A stretch of 55,613 bases of DNA, from assembly GCA_043784385.1 (NCBI GenBank), contig JAYVYH010000136.1:1-55613 (forward strand). The letters are read 5' to 3'. Below the pieces are notes generated by a model. That model did not search any database and was not told the origin of the DNA. It saw nothing but the letters and a program-made list of their open reading frames with translations. Positions within the stretch are counted from its first letter, which is position 1. Each line of letters opens with the position of its first letter. Shown one piece after another: positions 17,266 through 28,569 of this stretch. The translations under genes and the position numbers were made by a program. The DNA comes from Caulobacteraceae bacterium. Its GTDB lineage: Bacteria; Pseudomonadota; Alphaproteobacteria; Caulobacterales; Caulobacteraceae.

Positions 17266-18531
17266 TCAGACCAACAGGAAACTCATCTTGCCCACCGGTT
17301 CGAGGGAGCCCGCCTGGACCTTCAAGGCCTTGAACGAACCCTCGGCCGCGTCGAGCGCCTGGTCGATGTCGCTGGTCGTCATTGCCGCGCAAAGGAACAT
17401 GTTGTGCCAGGGATGCACGTAAACCCCGCGCTTCAGCATCTGGGATGACCAGAAGAAGCCCTTGCGCAAGTCCGGGTCCTCATCGAACAGGAACAGCGGC
17501 ATGGTCACCGGCCCGGTCTGACGGAAGCCGAAGCCTCCGACTGCGGCTCGCTCGGCAAGTCCGTTCCGCAGGCGAGTTCCCAGTCCCTCCATGTGCTCCA
17601 GATAGTCGGTCTCCCGCACCCGCCGTAGGGTCTCGAGAGCAGCGGCCATCGGCGCGGCCTGATACCAGAACGAGCCGGTGGTGAAGATCTGGGCAGCGGC
17701 GCGTTTGGCCTTGTTCGCCCCCAGCAGGGCCGAGATCGGGTGGCCGTTGGCGAAGCACTTACCCCAACTCGACAAATCCGGCTGAACTCCAACGACTGAC
17801 CAACTGCAATCTCGGGCGATTCGCAGGCCCGCACGCACGTCGTCGACGACCAGCAGGGCGCCGGTGGCGTCGCACAGTTCGCGAGCGCGCCTGGCGTAGG
17901 CGGGGTCGGGCAGAACCTGGTCGGTGAAGGCGTCATGCTTCATCGGTGCGGCGAAGACGGCGGCCAAGTCGTCGCCCGCCGCGGCCACGGCGGCTTCCAG
18001 GCTGGGGATGTCGTTGTAGACGCAGAGCACCTGATTGGCTTTGTCCTCGGGCGTCACACCGTTTGGCCGGGTGGCGCACCACGGGGCGGCGCCGTGATAG
18101 GCGCCCTTGGCCAGCACCACCGTCTTGCGACCGGTGTGGGCCCGCGCCGTCATCAGGGCGATCTGGGTGGCGTCGCCGCCATTCTTGCAGAAAATCGTCC
18201 AATCGGCGTGCGTGACCATCCGGGTGAACTGCTCGGCCAGCTCCACGATCAGGCCGGTGGGGCCGGTCATGGTGTCGCCCTGGCGCATCCGGGCGACATA
18301 GGCGTCGTCGATCGCCTCGTCGGCGTAGCCCATCAGATTAGGGCCGTAGGCGCACATGAAATCCAGCAGCTCGTTGCCGTCCGCGTCCCACAGCCGGGCG
18401 CCCTTGGCGCGGGAGAAGAACTGCGGATAGTCGTCGGGCAGAAGCCGCGTCGATTGGTGCCCGAACATGCCGCCCGGGATCACCGCCGCGGCGCGGTCCC
18501 GAAGGTCTCGATCCTGACTGTTGGCTCGCAT
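17266..18531 (-). CDS. class-III PLP aminotransferase (GSA-aminomutase-like)
   Basis: AKGARLWDADGNELLDF, KGAYHG, VVDDVRAGLR, WGKCFANGHP. Confidence 0.88.
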   Translation of the reverse strand: MRANSQDRDLRDRAAAVIPGGMFGHQSTRLLPDDYPQFFSRAKGARLWDADGNELLDFMCAYGPNLMGYADEAIDDAYVARMRQGDTMTGPTGLIVELAEQFTRMVTHADWTIFCKNGGDATQIALMTARAHTGRKTVVLAKGAYHGAAPWCATRPNGVTPEDKANQVLCVYNDIPSLEAAVAAAGDDLAAVFAAPMKHDAFTDQVLPDPAYARRARELCDATGALLVVDDVRAGLRIARDCSWSVVGVQPDLSSWGKCFANGHPISALLGANKAKRAAAQIFTTGSFWYQAAPMAAALETLRRVRETDYLEHMEGLGTRLRNGLAERAAVGGFGFRQTGPVTMPLFLFDEDPDLRKGFFWSSQMLKRGVYVHPWHNMFLCAAMTTSDIDQALDAAEGSFKALKVQAGSLEPVGKMSFLLV

Positions 18532-18536
18532 CTCGT

Positions 18537-19307
18537 TCAGTTCTCCTCTCGTACCGTGACCTTCAGAAGCGCCGCTCCCAGCAGGGTTTGCAAGAGCCGA
18601 TCGCGAGGGTAGGGCGGGTGACGGTATTGTCGAAAACCCTCGGCGAAATCGACGCCGAAATACTTGCCCAGGCGTCGGGACTGGGCTTCCATCCCGGCGG
18701 TGAAGTCGGAGATGGCGTGCTGTTTGGCCACCCAGGCGATCTGGCTCTGATGAGCCTCCAGCATCCGCCGCTTGGTTTCCATGACCTCGCTGATGTCGAC
18801 CGCGAAGTCGGGATGCGCGGGTCGACCCTCGCGATCGCGTCCCCCGATCGGGTCCATGAAATACAGGTGTGGGATCGCCTCCAAAGGCGTTGCGTCGCCG
18901 GTGTGATAGCCTGGCGCGGAAGCCGCGAAACAGGCGTCCCTGACTAGCAGGCTCGTCGCCTCGTGGTCGGGATGATAGTCGGCCGGCGCCGAGGTGATGA
19001 CGATATTTGGCCGGACCGCGCGGATCAGTTCGGTCACCGCCCGCCGGCAGGCGTTGTCGTTGAACACCGCCAGGTCGCCCAAATCGGCGCAGCGGTAGTC
19101 CGCGCCGATCATGGCCGCGGCTAGTGCCGCCTCGCCCTTGCGAACGCGCGCCGTCTCCACCCGGTCATTGTCCACGGAGCCGCATTCCCCCGCCGTCAAG
19201 GTGGCGATCGTCAGAGTAACGGGCGACGCCGCCAAAACGGCCAAGGTTCCCGCGGCCAGCATCTCGATGTCGTCGGGATGGGCGTGGATGGCGAGGATGC
19301 TGGTCAT
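18537..19307 (-). CDS. PIG-L/LmbE-family N-acetyl deacetylase
   Basis: AIHAHPDDIE, T.GE.G, DYHPDHE, FAEGF. Confidence 0.9.
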   Translation of the reverse strand: MTSILAIHAHPDDIEMLAAGTLAVLAASPVTLTIATLTAGECGSVDNDRVETARVRKGEAALAAAMIGADYRCADLGDLAVFNDNACRRAVTELIRAVRPNIVITSAPADYHPDHEATSLLVRDACFAASAPGYHTGDATPLEAIPHLYFMDPIGGRDREGRPAHPDFAVDISEVMETKRRMLEAHQSQIAWVAKQHAISDFTAGMEAQSRRLGKYFGVDFAEGFRQYRHPPYPRDRLLQTLLGAALLKVTVREEN

Positions 19308-19386
19308 CGGTTGAAGTATGAACGATCTGGCTGGTGGCGTGTTACAGGCGGGTGAGTTCATTTTCGATCGCCGGGGAAGTCAAGCG

Positions 19387-20325
19387 ATGCTTTTGAAGCT
19401 CCCGGCGGACGGCGATGCCCTTTGGATCGACCTGCTCAATCCCACGGAGGCGGAGTGTCTGGAAGCCGAGGCCACGACGGGCCTCACGCTGCCGACCCTG
19501 GCTAACCTGAGCGAAATCGAATCCTCCAGCCGGCTTCGGACGCGCGATGGGGTGTTGACGATGAGCACGCCGATGATCTCCCTTGCCGACACTTCACTAC
19601 GGGGTCTGTCACCGATCGGTTTTGTTTTGTCGCCTGAGACCCTCGTGACCATCCGCTTCAGTCCCTTGAAGTCCTTCGACGCGATTGTTGACCAGTTCCA
19701 CGCCCCGCCAGAGGCGCCGACCTCCGGGCTGGAGGTGTTCGTGCGGCTTTGTGACGAGATGGTCGACCGAATGGCCGACGCGTTGGAGGTTACCGCCGCC
19801 TCGCTCAACGACCTTTCAGCCACGGTGTTTAACGCCGAGGAAATCAAGGGGCGGGCGGCCAAACATGCTAATAGTCGCCTGCGCGATCAACTGAAGCTGG
19901 TCGGCCAGATGGGTGATCGCGCGTCCAACACCCGGGACGCCCTGCTCGGCCTTGGCCGCATTCTGGCCTTTGTCGGCGATCTCACCAAAGACTGGAATAA
20001 TGCTCGTTTCGAACCCAGGATCTCCAGCCTCAAACAGGATGTGACTTCGCTAAACGACTATGAGGTGCACCTGAGCGACAAGGTCCAGTTCCTGCTCGAC
20101 GCCCTGGTCGGCATGATCGGCATTGCCCAGAACGATATCTTCAAGATTTTGACCATCGTCTCGATCGTCGGGATTCCCCCGACCTTGATGGCCAGCATCT
20201 ATGGGATGAATTTCAAGATGATGCCGGAGCTTAGCTGGACACTTGGCTATCCCTACGGCTTGGCGGTGATCGTGGTCAGCGCGATCATCCCGGTGGTGTG
20301 GTTCAAATATCGAGGGTGGTTCTAG
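19387..20325 (+). CDS. corA: CorA-family Mg2+/Co2+ transporter
   Basis: WIDLLNPT, PPTLMASIYGMNF..MPEL. Confidence 0.93.
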   Translation: MLLKLPADGDALWIDLLNPTEAECLEAEATTGLTLPTLANLSEIESSSRLRTRDGVLTMSTPMISLADTSLRGLSPIGFVLSPETLVTIRFSPLKSFDAIVDQFHAPPEAPTSGLEVFVRLCDEMVDRMADALEVTAASLNDLSATVFNAEEIKGRAAKHANSRLRDQLKLVGQMGDRASNTRDALLGLGRILAFVGDLTKDWNNARFEPRISSLKQDVTSLNDYEVHLSDKVQFLLDALVGMIGIAQNDIFKILTIVSIVGIPPTLMASIYGMNFKMMPELSWTLGYPYGLAVIVVSAIIPVVWFKYRGWF

Positions 20326-21125
20326 CCCGTCGCGGCGTAAATCATCACGCCCGTCGCCACTGCCAGATTGAGGCTATCGGCGCGGCCGCGCATTGGAATC
20401 TTGACCGTGACATCACAGACCGCCGCGAGCCGCGGGGTCAGGCCGGCCTGTTCATTGCCCATCAGGATCAAGGTGGGATCGCGATAGTCGGCGGCGCGAA
20501 AGTCAGTCTCGGCGGTCAGCAGGGTCCCCACCACCGCGCCGGGCCAGGTCGCGCGCCAGGCGATGAACGCTTCGGCGTCCACCTTGGCGATAAGAACGGC
20601 AAACACCGAGCCCATGGTTGCGCGCACGCACTCCACCGAATAGGCGTCGCAGCATTCGCCAATCAGAATCAGCCCACCGCAGCCCGCCGCGTCGGCTGTC
20701 CGGATGATGGTCCCTAGATTGCCAGGATCACGCACCGCCTCAAGAGCGACCCAGCAACGCGCGGTAGACGGATCAAGAGCCTGGAGGGGCGTGAAGGCTT
20801 GTTCGAACACCCCCAGCACGGTCTGGGGATTGTCCCGACGGGAGATCTTGGCGAGGACGGCCGGACTGACGATCAGGGTCTCTTCGGCGATCGCGGCGGC
20901 GCGTTGGAGCAGCGGGTGATCCGCCGCCTCGGCATGGAGCAGAATGCGCGGCGCCCGGCCAAGGTCGACTGCCTCCGCGACGCTTTTCAACCCTTCGACG
21001 AGAAACAATCCGGTTTCCTGGCGAGCCTTGCGCATATGCAGTGCGCGCACTGCCTTGACCGTGGGATTGGTCAGGGAGGTGACGACCCGGGCCGTCGTCG
21101 CGCCGCCGCTCAAGACGCGCTCCAT
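20322..21125 (-). CDS. TrmH/SpoU-family RNA methyltransferase
   Basis: DPGNLGTIIRTADA, MGNEQAGL, IPMRGRADSLNLA. Confidence 0.93.
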   Translation of the reverse strand: MERVLSGGATTARVVTSLTNPTVKAVRALHMRKARQETGLFLVEGLKSVAEAVDLGRAPRILLHAEAADHPLLQRAAAIAEETLIVSPAVLAKISRRDNPQTVLGVFEQAFTPLQALDPSTARCWVALEAVRDPGNLGTIIRTADAAGCGGLILIGECCDAYSVECVRATMGSVFAVLIAKVDAEAFIAWRATWPGAVVGTLLTAETDFRAADYRDPTLILMGNEQAGLTPRLAAVCDVTVKIPMRGRADSLNLAVATGVMIYAATG

Positions 21126-22009
21126 CGGGCGAAGAAGGACAGACCCACGCCGCGTCGCCCCCCGGATTCCATCAGCGCCAGTTCCCCCCAGTCGATGACG
21201 CCCTGGCGACCGCCCAGCGCATCCTCCAGTAGCCCCGCCAGGGCGAGGCCCGAAATCCGTTCGGAATAGGCGTTGAGAAGAAGAAACGACGCGTCGTCGC
21301 TTAGCAGGGCGGCGCAGTTGGCGAGCAGGGCTGGGAGATCGTCATACAGCCGCCAGACCTCGCCAGTCGGCCCCCGGCCGTATTTGGGTGGATCGAGAAT
21401 GACGCCGTCATAGCGCGCGCCTCGACGAACCTCGCGCTGGACATATTTACGCGCGTCCTCGCAGATCCAGCGGACGGGCGCGTCGTCCAGGCCAGACAGA
21501 GCGGCGTTCTCTCGCGCCCAGCCGACCGCCTTCTTCGAGGCGTCCACGTGGGTAACTGTGGCGCCCGTGGCGGCGGCGGCGAGACTCGCCATGCCGGTGT
21601 AACCGAATAAATTCAGAATTTTCTGACCAGGTTTCGAATTTCGCAGGCCCGCGTCAAGCCAATCCCAGTTTGCCGCCTGCTCCGGAAATACGCCAAGGTG
21701 GCGAAAGGCCGTGAGGCGGGCGTTGAACCTGACGGGTCCCCAGCTCATTGGCCAAAAGGGCGGCACGTCGCCGGTGATTTTCCAGCGGCCGGCGTCCTCT
21801 TCGTCGGCCGGTTCGAACACGGCGTCAGCGGCTCCCCAGACGTCGGGCGGCAAACTGGGCGACCAAAGACACTGAGGTTCTGGCCGCACCACGGTCCAGC
21901 GGCCATATCGCTCGAGCTTGCGGCCACCGCCGCTGTCCACCAGCCCGTAGTCGGCCCAGCCCTGGGTTCGCAGCACCTGTGGCACAGCGGCGATGGTGGG
22001 ACGGTTCAT
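21110..22009 (-). CDS. class I SAM-dependent methyltransferase (RlmI/RlmK-like)
   Basis: LNLFGYTG, VDASKKA, ILDPPKYGRG. Confidence 0.88.
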   Translation of the reverse strand: MNRPTIAAVPQVLRTQGWADYGLVDSGGGRKLERYGRWTVVRPEPQCLWSPSLPPDVWGAADAVFEPADEEDAGRWKITGDVPPFWPMSWGPVRFNARLTAFRHLGVFPEQAANWDWLDAGLRNSKPGQKILNLFGYTGMASLAAAATGATVTHVDASKKAVGWARENAALSGLDDAPVRWICEDARKYVQREVRRGARYDGVILDPPKYGRGPTGEVWRLYDDLPALLANCAALLSDDASFLLLNAYSERISGLALAGLLEDALGGRQGVIDWGELALMESGGRRGVGLSFFARWSAS

Positions 22010-22158
22010 CCCGGGGACTTACCGTCCACCGGGCCCGCGCGTCCAGTCGCGGAGGTCTCGGAAGGATCGCAATTGCCGCACCGACGCTGCAGAGCCTTGC
22101 GGCGTGGCGAATTTTTCCCTCTATTGCCGGGTCTCAACAGACCTGAGACCCCTTCGCT

Positions 22159-22794
22159 GTGAACGAGATCCTGAACAAGCCTGTGAAGTCGGCCCGCAAG
22201 GCCAAGGGCGACGGCCATCTCCGAAGGGCGGAGATTCTGCGAGCCGCCGAACGAATCTTCATCGCCGAGGGCTATGAAGGCGCCACCATCCGCAAGATCG
22301 CGGACGAGGTCGGCGTTTCATCGACGTGCCTCTACATGCATTTCCGCGACAAGGATCAGATCCTGCTGGAAATCTGTACGGTCGCCATGGAGAAACTGCT
22401 CGCCATGAACAGCGAGTTCGCCGCCCGCCCCGTGGATCCCGTGGAGCGCGTGCGAATGATGCTCACGGCCTATGTGGAATTCGCCCTGGAGAATCCCAAC
22501 GCCTATCGGCTGATTTTCTGCGCCTCACCGCTGGCTACCTCGGATCAGAAACAGCAGATTACCTTGGAGCTCGGCGCTCAGTGTTTCGAACGCTTTTCCG
22601 GCGTGATTCGCGAGATCGCCGCCCAGGGACGTTTGAAGACCGGCGACCCTCGCACCGTTCATCAGGCCATGTGGTCGGCCTGCCACGGGCTGGTGTCGTT
22701 GATGATAACGAAGCCTAATATAGATTGGGCCGAACCCAAGGCGATCACCCAGGTGATGATCGATGGGCTGTTGTTCGGCCTGATCGCCGACTGA
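22159..22794 (+). CDS. TetR/AcrR transcriptional regulator
   Basis: EGYEGATIRKIADEVGVSSTCLYMHFRDK; C-terminal W..CHG. Confidence 0.93.
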   Translation: MNEILNKPVKSARKAKGDGHLRRAEILRAAERIFIAEGYEGATIRKIADEVGVSSTCLYMHFRDKDQILLEICTVAMEKLLAMNSEFAARPVDPVERVRMMLTAYVEFALENPNAYRLIFCASPLATSDQKQQITLELGAQCFERFSGVIREIAAQGRLKTGDPRTVHQAMWSACHGLVSLMITKPNIDWAEPKAITQVMIDGLLFGLIAD

Positions 22795-22829
22795 CGTTCA
22801 TTGGCGCCCCGGGCAATAGGGCGCGCGCC

Positions 22830-23666
22830 ATGACTTGGCCGATCGCTGGTTTTCTGCTTTCCTTGATCGTCGTTTCACCGGTATGGGCGAGAGAGCCGCC
22901 ACGGGTGATGTCCCTGGATCAATGCGCCGATCAATTTGTCGTGGCGCTCAGTCCCCGGAGCGCCATCGTCGGTCTCTCTCCCCGCGCCCGCAACGCCGAT
23001 GCCCTGCTCGCGGCCCGGGCCGTGGGGCTGCCCATTCGAAGGGTGGACAGCGAATCAGCATTTGCCGCCGGGCCACAAGTGGTCGTGCGCTATTGGGGGG
23101 GCGATACAGCCCTGGTCTCGGAGCTTAAGCGCCGGGGCGCGCGGGTGACGACTATCGAGGACGCAACCGATTTTGCCGGAGTTCGGCGCAACGTGCGGAT
23201 CGTGGCCGCCGCCCTCGGTCAGTTTGTCGCCGGAGAAGCCCTTTTGCGGCGCATGGATGACAAGCTGGCGGCAAGTCGAGGCGCGTGGGGCGGGAAGGGG
23301 GCACTCTACCTCACATCCGGGGGCGCGACCGCTGGAACCGGCACCCTGATTGATTCGATCATGCGGGCGGCAGGCCTACGGAACCTGACCCGGGGGGCGG
23401 GCTACCGGGAGGTGTCACTTGAGCAGCTGGAGATGGATCCGCCAGAGGCAGTGGTGAAGGGTTTCTTCGATGCGCCCGGCCAGGCCCGGGTCTATTGGGG
23501 GCCGGGGCGACACGGCGCCCTGGCGCGCCTTCTCAGGGGGCGCGATCTGGTGTCGCTGCCGGCCGCTCTGCTCGGTTGTCCGGCCTGGTTCGCTGGCGAC
23601 GCCGTCGCGGCTCTGGCGTTGGCCGCGCCTCGACCGCCAGTCGGCCGGCGCGCGCCAAACTCGTGA
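22830..23666 (+). CDS. BtuF/FhuD-like periplasmic binding protein
   Basis: Signal peptide; RVMSLDQCADQ; AAGLRN. Confidence 0.8.
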   Translation: MTWPIAGFLLSLIVVSPVWAREPPRVMSLDQCADQFVVALSPRSAIVGLSPRARNADALLAARAVGLPIRRVDSESAFAAGPQVVVRYWGGDTALVSELKRRGARVTTIEDATDFAGVRRNVRIVAAALGQFVAGEALLRRMDDKLAASRGAWGGKGALYLTSGGATAGTGTLIDSIMRAAGLRNLTRGAGYREVSLEQLEMDPPEAVVKGFFDAPGQARVYWGPGRHGALARLLRGRDLVSLPAALLGCPAWFAGDAVAALALAAPRPPVGRRAPNS

Positions 23667-24658
23667 AGCCGTGGCTTATTCCGCGCTTGATCCTGGGACT
23701 CACCGGGCTTTTGGCGGCTGTTTTCACCCTGGCGATCGGCCTGGGCGAAACGTCGTTGTCATATACCCAGTATCATCAGGCGTTCATCGACATGCGTTCC
23801 GCGCCGGCCCAGATTCTATGGTTTATCCGCGCGCCGCGCGCGGTGGCCGCCGCCCTGGTCGGCTCGGCGCTCGGGCTTGCCGGGGGGGTAATGCAAGGCC
23901 TGTTGCGCAATCCCCTGGCCGACCCCGGTGTGCTGGGCGTTTCGGCGACGTCGGCGCTCGGCGCGGCCCTGGTAATCGCGTTAGGACTGGCGGCGACGCC
24001 CTGGGCGGTTCAGATCGCCGCTCTTGGCGGCGCCCTGGTGGCCGGAGCTCTACTCACCCTGCTGGCGGCGCGTCTTGCCGAGCCTCAGACTCTGATCCTG
24101 TTCGGTGTGGCTCTGTCGTCTCTGGGCGGGGCGGCGACGGCGCTGGTGTTCAATCTCTCGCCATCTCCAGTCGCGACGGCCGAAGTCCTGTCGTGGTTGC
24201 TGGGTTCCGTCGCCAACCGGGATTGGTCAGATGTGGCGGTGGCCGCCATCCCGGCGGTCGCGGGGGTGGTCCTATGCCTTTGGTCCGCCCAGGCCTTGAG
24301 AATGCTGACCCTGGGCGAAGAGACCGCAGCGCTGTCGGGACTGAGGATGGCCAGGCTACGCGCGGCGGCGGTGGCGGGCGCCGCCCTTTTGACTGGCGCG
24401 GCCGTTGCTCTGGCGGGTGTGATCGGCTTCGTGGGCTTGGCGGCGCCGCATCTCGTCCGCGGCAGAGTGTCGGACGATCCAGCGCGGACCCTGATCCCGT
24501 CGGCGATCGTCGGTGCGATCCTGCTGGTCGCCGCCGATCTCGCCGCGCGCATGATCCCGTCGTCGGAGGAGCTGAAGCTGGGGGTGGTCACGGCTCTGTT
24601 CGGCGCGCCCTTGTTCGCCATGGTTTCCTGGCGCGCCGCCCGAAGCTGGCGCGGATGA
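23663..24658 (+). CDS. FecCD/BtuC-family ABC permease
   Basis: QGLLRNPLADPGVLGVS, LGEETA, GVIGFVGLAAPH. Confidence 0.9.
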   Translation: MKPWLIPRLILGLTGLLAAVFTLAIGLGETSLSYTQYHQAFIDMRSAPAQILWFIRAPRAVAAALVGSALGLAGGVMQGLLRNPLADPGVLGVSATSALGAALVIALGLAATPWAVQIAALGGALVAGALLTLLAARLAEPQTLILFGVALSSLGGAATALVFNLSPSPVATAEVLSWLLGSVANRDWSDVAVAAIPAVAGVVLCLWSAQALRMLTLGEETAALSGLRMARLRAAAVAGAALLTGAAVALAGVIGFVGLAAPHLVRGRVSDDPARTLIPSAIVGAILLVAADLAARMIPSSEELKLGVVTALFGAPLFAMVSWRAARSWRG

Positions 24659-25413
24659 CCGAGGCGCTCGCTCTGACCGAGGCCAGCGTAACACTCGGCG
24701 GCCGCTTGGCCCTCGACAAGGTAAGTTTGACCGTGCGCGGGGGCGAGGTACTCGGGGTGCTGGGCGCCAATGGCGGGGGCAAGACCACTCTGCTTCGAGC
24801 CGCGCTTGGACTCGCGCGCCTGACATCGGGCGTGGCTCGGCTTGGCGGCCTGCCGGTCGGGTTCCTTAGCGAGTTCCGGCGGGCATCGCTGGCGGCCTAT
24901 CTGCCACAAGAGCGGCGGGTCGGCTGGAACCTGCCGGCCTGGTCGGTCGCGGCTCTTGGGTTGCCCCATCTCCCTCCGGCCAAGGCCCGGGCGAAAGCCT
25001 TGTCCGCCCTTGCCGAAGTGGGACTGGCGGCCCTATCCGAGCGCGGCGTCATGGATATGTCGGGCGGAGAGCGGGCAAGGGTGCTCCTGGCTAGACTGAT
25101 CACCACCGGCGCACCGCTGCTGGTGGCGGATGAGCCCGCTGTGGGACTCGACCCTGACGCTCAACTCCAGGTCATGGAGCTGTTGCGGTCGCGGGCGGCC
25201 AAGGGCTCCGCCGTCGTTGTTAGTCTGCATGACCTGACCCTCGCGGCCCGGTATTGCGACCGGCTGGCTATTCTGGCCGTGGGCCGGTTGGTCGCCCTGG
25301 GTCCGCCCGAGCAGGCGCTCTCGCCCCAGATACTGAGGCAGGCGTTCGGGCTTGATGGCGGCCTGATATCCACGCCGTTTGGACCGGTAATCGCCGCGGG
25401 TAGGGTTGGTTAG
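24655..25413 (+). CDS. iron-siderophore/cobalamin ABC ATPase
   Basis: GANGGGKTT, MSGGERARV, VADEP, SLHD. Confidence 0.9.
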   Translation: MTEALALTEASVTLGGRLALDKVSLTVRGGEVLGVLGANGGGKTTLLRAALGLARLTSGVARLGGLPVGFLSEFRRASLAAYLPQERRVGWNLPAWSVAALGLPHLPPAKARAKALSALAEVGLAALSERGVMDMSGGERARVLLARLITTGAPLLVADEPAVGLDPDAQLQVMELLRSRAAKGSAVVVSLHDLTLAARYCDRLAILAVGRLVALGPPEQALSPQILRQAFGLDGGLISTPFGPVIAAGRVG

Positions 25414-25439
25414 GAGTCCAACCCGGACAATGCGGAAGG

Positions 25440-27614
25440 TCAACGACCAGCGGGCATGTTCGTCGCGGTGACCACCGTGCCCGTCAACACAGGCACGACG
25501 GGCTGCGAGATATTCGCTACCGGTTGGTAGCCATAGGCGCCTCGCTTGAGATCCGACGCCAGGGTGATCGGCGCGGTGCCCCCATTGAGACGGGCGCGAT
25601 AGACCTGCGCTGCTTCCAGCACGCGCATCACATAGTCCCGTGTCTCTGAAAAAGGGATACATTCGATGAAATCCAGCGGATCAACCGTCGAGCCCCTGGG
25701 ATCGCCGCAGATGCCCGCCCACTGGGTCGGGCGGGACGGGCCGGCGTTGTAGGCGGCGGCGGCCATCACGTAGGAACCGCTGAACTGGGCCACCAATTGG
25801 CCGAGGTAGACGGATCCGACCTTCATGTTGAAGTCCGGGTCCTCAAGGCGGCCCGATCCCAATCCAGAGCGACGCGCGACTGATTGAGCTGTGGCCGGCA
25901 TCAGTTGCATCATGCCGCGCGCGCCCACGCCGGAGCGAGCATTGGGATCGAAACTGCTCTCCTGACGAGTGATACTCAACACCAGGGGTGCTTCGGCTCC
26001 GTCGGCAACAAAGGGAGGATTGCGAACCGGATAGCCGCGCTCGGGCAGGATGAAGCCCCGTTTCGCGGCGTTGCGGACCACCCGCATGGAAAGTTCCTGC
26101 TCCCCGTAACCACGAGCCAGATCCACCAACATCGCTTCTTCAGCGCTTGTGGGGAGCGACTCCGAGAGTCCTGTCACAAAGGTCCGAACGCCTTCATGGT
26201 TGCCCATCGCGTACAACAGGCGGGTCGCCCGAACGGCGTCGCGCGCCTCGAATCTGGCTTGGTCGGCGGCCGTGATATTGGGATCGCGTCCGAGAACCAG
26301 ATCCGCCTTGCCGCCCTTGGTGGCCGCGAGTTGGCCATAGAATGTCGTGTAGTAGCGGGAGGCCTGTTCGTAGAAAATCTGCGCTGCAACGGGATCGCCT
26401 TCGGCCTCGGCAGCGCGCCCACGCCAGTAGAGCGAGCGACTTTGAGTGAGCGGTGAAAGGCCCGCGGCCCCAAGTCGAGCGAAGTGCTGATCGGCGAGGT
26501 GTGGATCTTTAAGCCGCGAGAAAGCGATCCAGCCTGCGTAAAACTGGGCGTTGGCGGCGTCCGCGCCGGTGGTCAGGCCCGAACGCGCGGCGACCTGATA
26601 GGCGGAGGCGACGTCGCCGGCCTGAAGGGCTCCCACCACCAGAGCCCCATGTTTCCACAGGCGCGCCGCGGCCTTCTCGTCAGGGAGCGTCGACGGCAGG
26701 TAGTTGATCAGAGCCAGGGCGCCGGCGATATCTCCACGATCACGCAGAGCCATGACCCGTTCATAGACAAGACCCGGGCTGACCCGGTCGGCCGGCGGCA
26801 GCGCGTCGATCTGGTTCTGCGCGCCGACGTCGCCGCGGCGAACCGCCACCCGCGCCTTGGCGATAGCCTGCTGGTCGGAAGGCAGCAAGCGTAGCAAATC
26901 GAGGGCGGCGTTTCCCTGGGCGCCGTAGAGCAGGAGGTCTTCGCGGGCCACATGGTCGGCGCTGGTCAGCACACCACCGAACCGGGTCAGTACGGCGCTT
27001 TGGGTCTCCTGGTCGAACGTCAGGGTCCGCCAAGCATTGCGAAGCGCAGCTGCTGCTGCGTCGGCTTGCCCCAGCTGACGCAAAGCGCCCGCCAACGCCA
27101 TGGCCCCTTCCGGCGTGATCGGGTCAGTCCCGCCGAACCAGGCGACCACCGCTCCGGGTGACAAGCCAGACCGATCGATCAGTTTTTCAGCGGCTGTTTG
27201 ACGCCGCGATGGTCTTGGCCAATCTTGCAGTTCCCGGCGGGCTTCATCCGCCTGATCCCAGGTCATTGCCTCAGGGGTGGCGTCAGCCAGAGCCCATAGC
27301 GCGATCTTCCGCGCCAGAGGGTCATTGGTCCGATCCAACAGATTCCGAACCCGGGCGCCATCACCAGACTTCGCCGCCGCCAAGGCGAGCATGGCCGATT
27401 GGGTGTCGGCTGGCACAGCCGAGGCCGCGCCGGCCAGAGGCGAATCTGCCCTCAGGCCTTGGGCCGTCGCCAGACCGGCGAACGCGAGAACCGCGCTCAA
27501 TGCCAGAGGTGTTCCGCGAAGCCCAAGACCCACGCCTTTACCACTCCTTGTCCGCCGCGACCTTCGGCCAATATCCGACTCGGCAATCGCGCGGTTGCCG
27601 ACGCCATGGGCCAA
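25440..27614 (-). CDS. soluble lytic transglycosylase (Slt70-like)
   Basis: [36 protein letters not shown]. Confidence 0.93.
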   Translation of the reverse strand: MAHGVGNRAIAESDIGRRSRRTRSGKGVGLGLRGTPLALSAVLAFAGLATAQGLRADSPLAGAASAVPADTQSAMLALAAAKSGDGARVRNLLDRTNDPLARKIALWALADATPEAMTWDQADEARRELQDWPRPSRRQTAAEKLIDRSGLSPGAVVAWFGGTDPITPEGAMALAGALRQLGQADAAAAALRNAWRTLTFDQETQSAVLTRFGGVLTSADHVAREDLLLYGAQGNAALDLLRLLPSDQQAIAKARVAVRRGDVGAQNQIDALPPADRVSPGLVYERVMALRDRGDIAGALALINYLPSTLPDEKAAARLWKHGALVVGALQAGDVASAYQVAARSGLTTGADAANAQFYAGWIAFSRLKDPHLADQHFARLGAAGLSPLTQSRSLYWRGRAAEAEGDPVAAQIFYEQASRYYTTFYGQLAATKGGKADLVLGRDPNITAADQARFEARDAVRATRLLYAMGNHEGVRTFVTGLSESLPTSAEEAMLVDLARGYGEQELSMRVVRNAAKRGFILPERGYPVRNPPFVADGAEAPLVLSITRQESSFDPNARSGVGARGMMQLMPATAQSVARRSGLGSGRLEDPDFNMKVGSVYLGQLVAQFSGSYVMAAAAYNAGPSRPTQWAGICGDPRGSTVDPLDFIECIPFSETRDYVMRVLEAAQVYRARLNGGTAPITLASDLKRGAYGYQPVANISQPVVPVLTGTVVTATNMPAGR

Positions 27615-27681
27615 GCCCTATTGTCCGCCACTTCAACGAGACCGCAACACCTCGCGGCAGGATCACGATTTTTTGCATCAC

Positions 27682-28569
27682 ATGACCCCAAATCCTTTCA
27701 AAGGCGTGATCACGGCGCTGGTGACCCCGTTTGCCGACGGAAACATAGACGAGGAAGCCTTCGCGGCTCTGATCGAGCGGCAAATTGCCGGCGGTGTGCA
27801 TGGACTGGTGCCCGTCGGGACCACGGGCGAGACCTCGACTCTGAGCCATGACGAACACAAGCGGGTCGTGAGCCTGTGCGTCGAGATGGTGGCGGGACGC
27901 GTCCCGGTGATCGCCGGGGCGGGATCTAACGCCACGGAGGAAGCGGTTAATTTCGTGCGACACGCTAAGACAGCCGGCGCGGACGCCGCCCTCGTAGTGA
28001 CGCCCTACTACAATCGGCCGAGTCAGGAAGGCCTCTATCGGCATTACAGTGCGATCAATGATGCCGTGGAACTTCCCGTTTTTATATATAATGTTCCTTC
28101 GAGAACCAGCGTCGACATCACCAACGACACCATGGCCCGTCTTGCCGGACTGCCCAATGTTGTTGGCGTGAAGGACGCCACCGGCGATATGGCGCGGGCC
28201 AGTGTCCAGCGTCGATCGTGTGGCGAAACGTGGGTCATGCTGAGCGGTGACGACCCGAGCGCCTTGGGGTATATGGCCCATGGAGGCCATGGGTGTATTT
28301 CGGTTACCGCCAATGTGGCCCCGGCCGCCTGCTCAGCCTTCTTCAACGCCTGTCTTTCCGGCGACTGGTCCACCGCCCTGGTGCTTCAGGATCGGCTCGT
28401 GCGTCTGCATCGGTCCTTGTTCCTCGACGCCTCGCCCGCGCCCACGAAATTCGCCTTGGCCCATCTAGGGCTGTGCCACGAGGAAGCGCGGTTGCCGATC
28501 ATCCCCTGCGCGGCGGCGCACCAGGATGAAATCGTCGCGGCGATGGGCGAGGCTGGGGTCATCCGATGA
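27682..28569 (+). CDS. dapA: 4-hydroxy-tetrahydrodipicolinate synthase
   Basis: GTTGE, TPYYN, YNVP.RT, GVKDATG. Confidence 0.97.
   Translation: MTPNPFKGVITALVTPFADGNIDEEAFAALIERQIAGGVHGLVPVGTTGETSTLSHDEHKRVVSLCVEMVAGRVPVIAGAGSNATEEAVNFVRHAKTAGADAALVVTPYYNRPSQEGLYRHYSAINDAVELPVFIYNVPSRTSVDITNDTMARLAGLPNVVGVKDATGDMARASVQRRSCGETWVMLSGDDPSALGYMAHGGHGCISVTANVAPAACSAFFNACLSGDWSTALVLQDRLVRLHRSLFLDASPAPTKFALAHLGLCHEEARLPIIPCAAAHQDEIVAAMGEAGVIR

Noticed and set aside
17266-18531. hemL forming a heme cluster with hemB
   Set aside because: Alphaproteobacteria normally use ALA synthase; the gene is divergent from HemL, coupled to a deacetylase and about 4.7 kb from hemB.
22795-22830. Cobalamin riboswitch ahead of the Btu-like ABC operon
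   Set aside because: The gap is only about 35 nt and has no B12 box; the substrate remains unassigned.
23470-24654. N-terminal extension of the 647-aa ORF (similar extensions on dapA, folK, udg, rnc)
   Set aside because: The extensions overlap neighbouring real genes; homology begins at the downstream starts used above.
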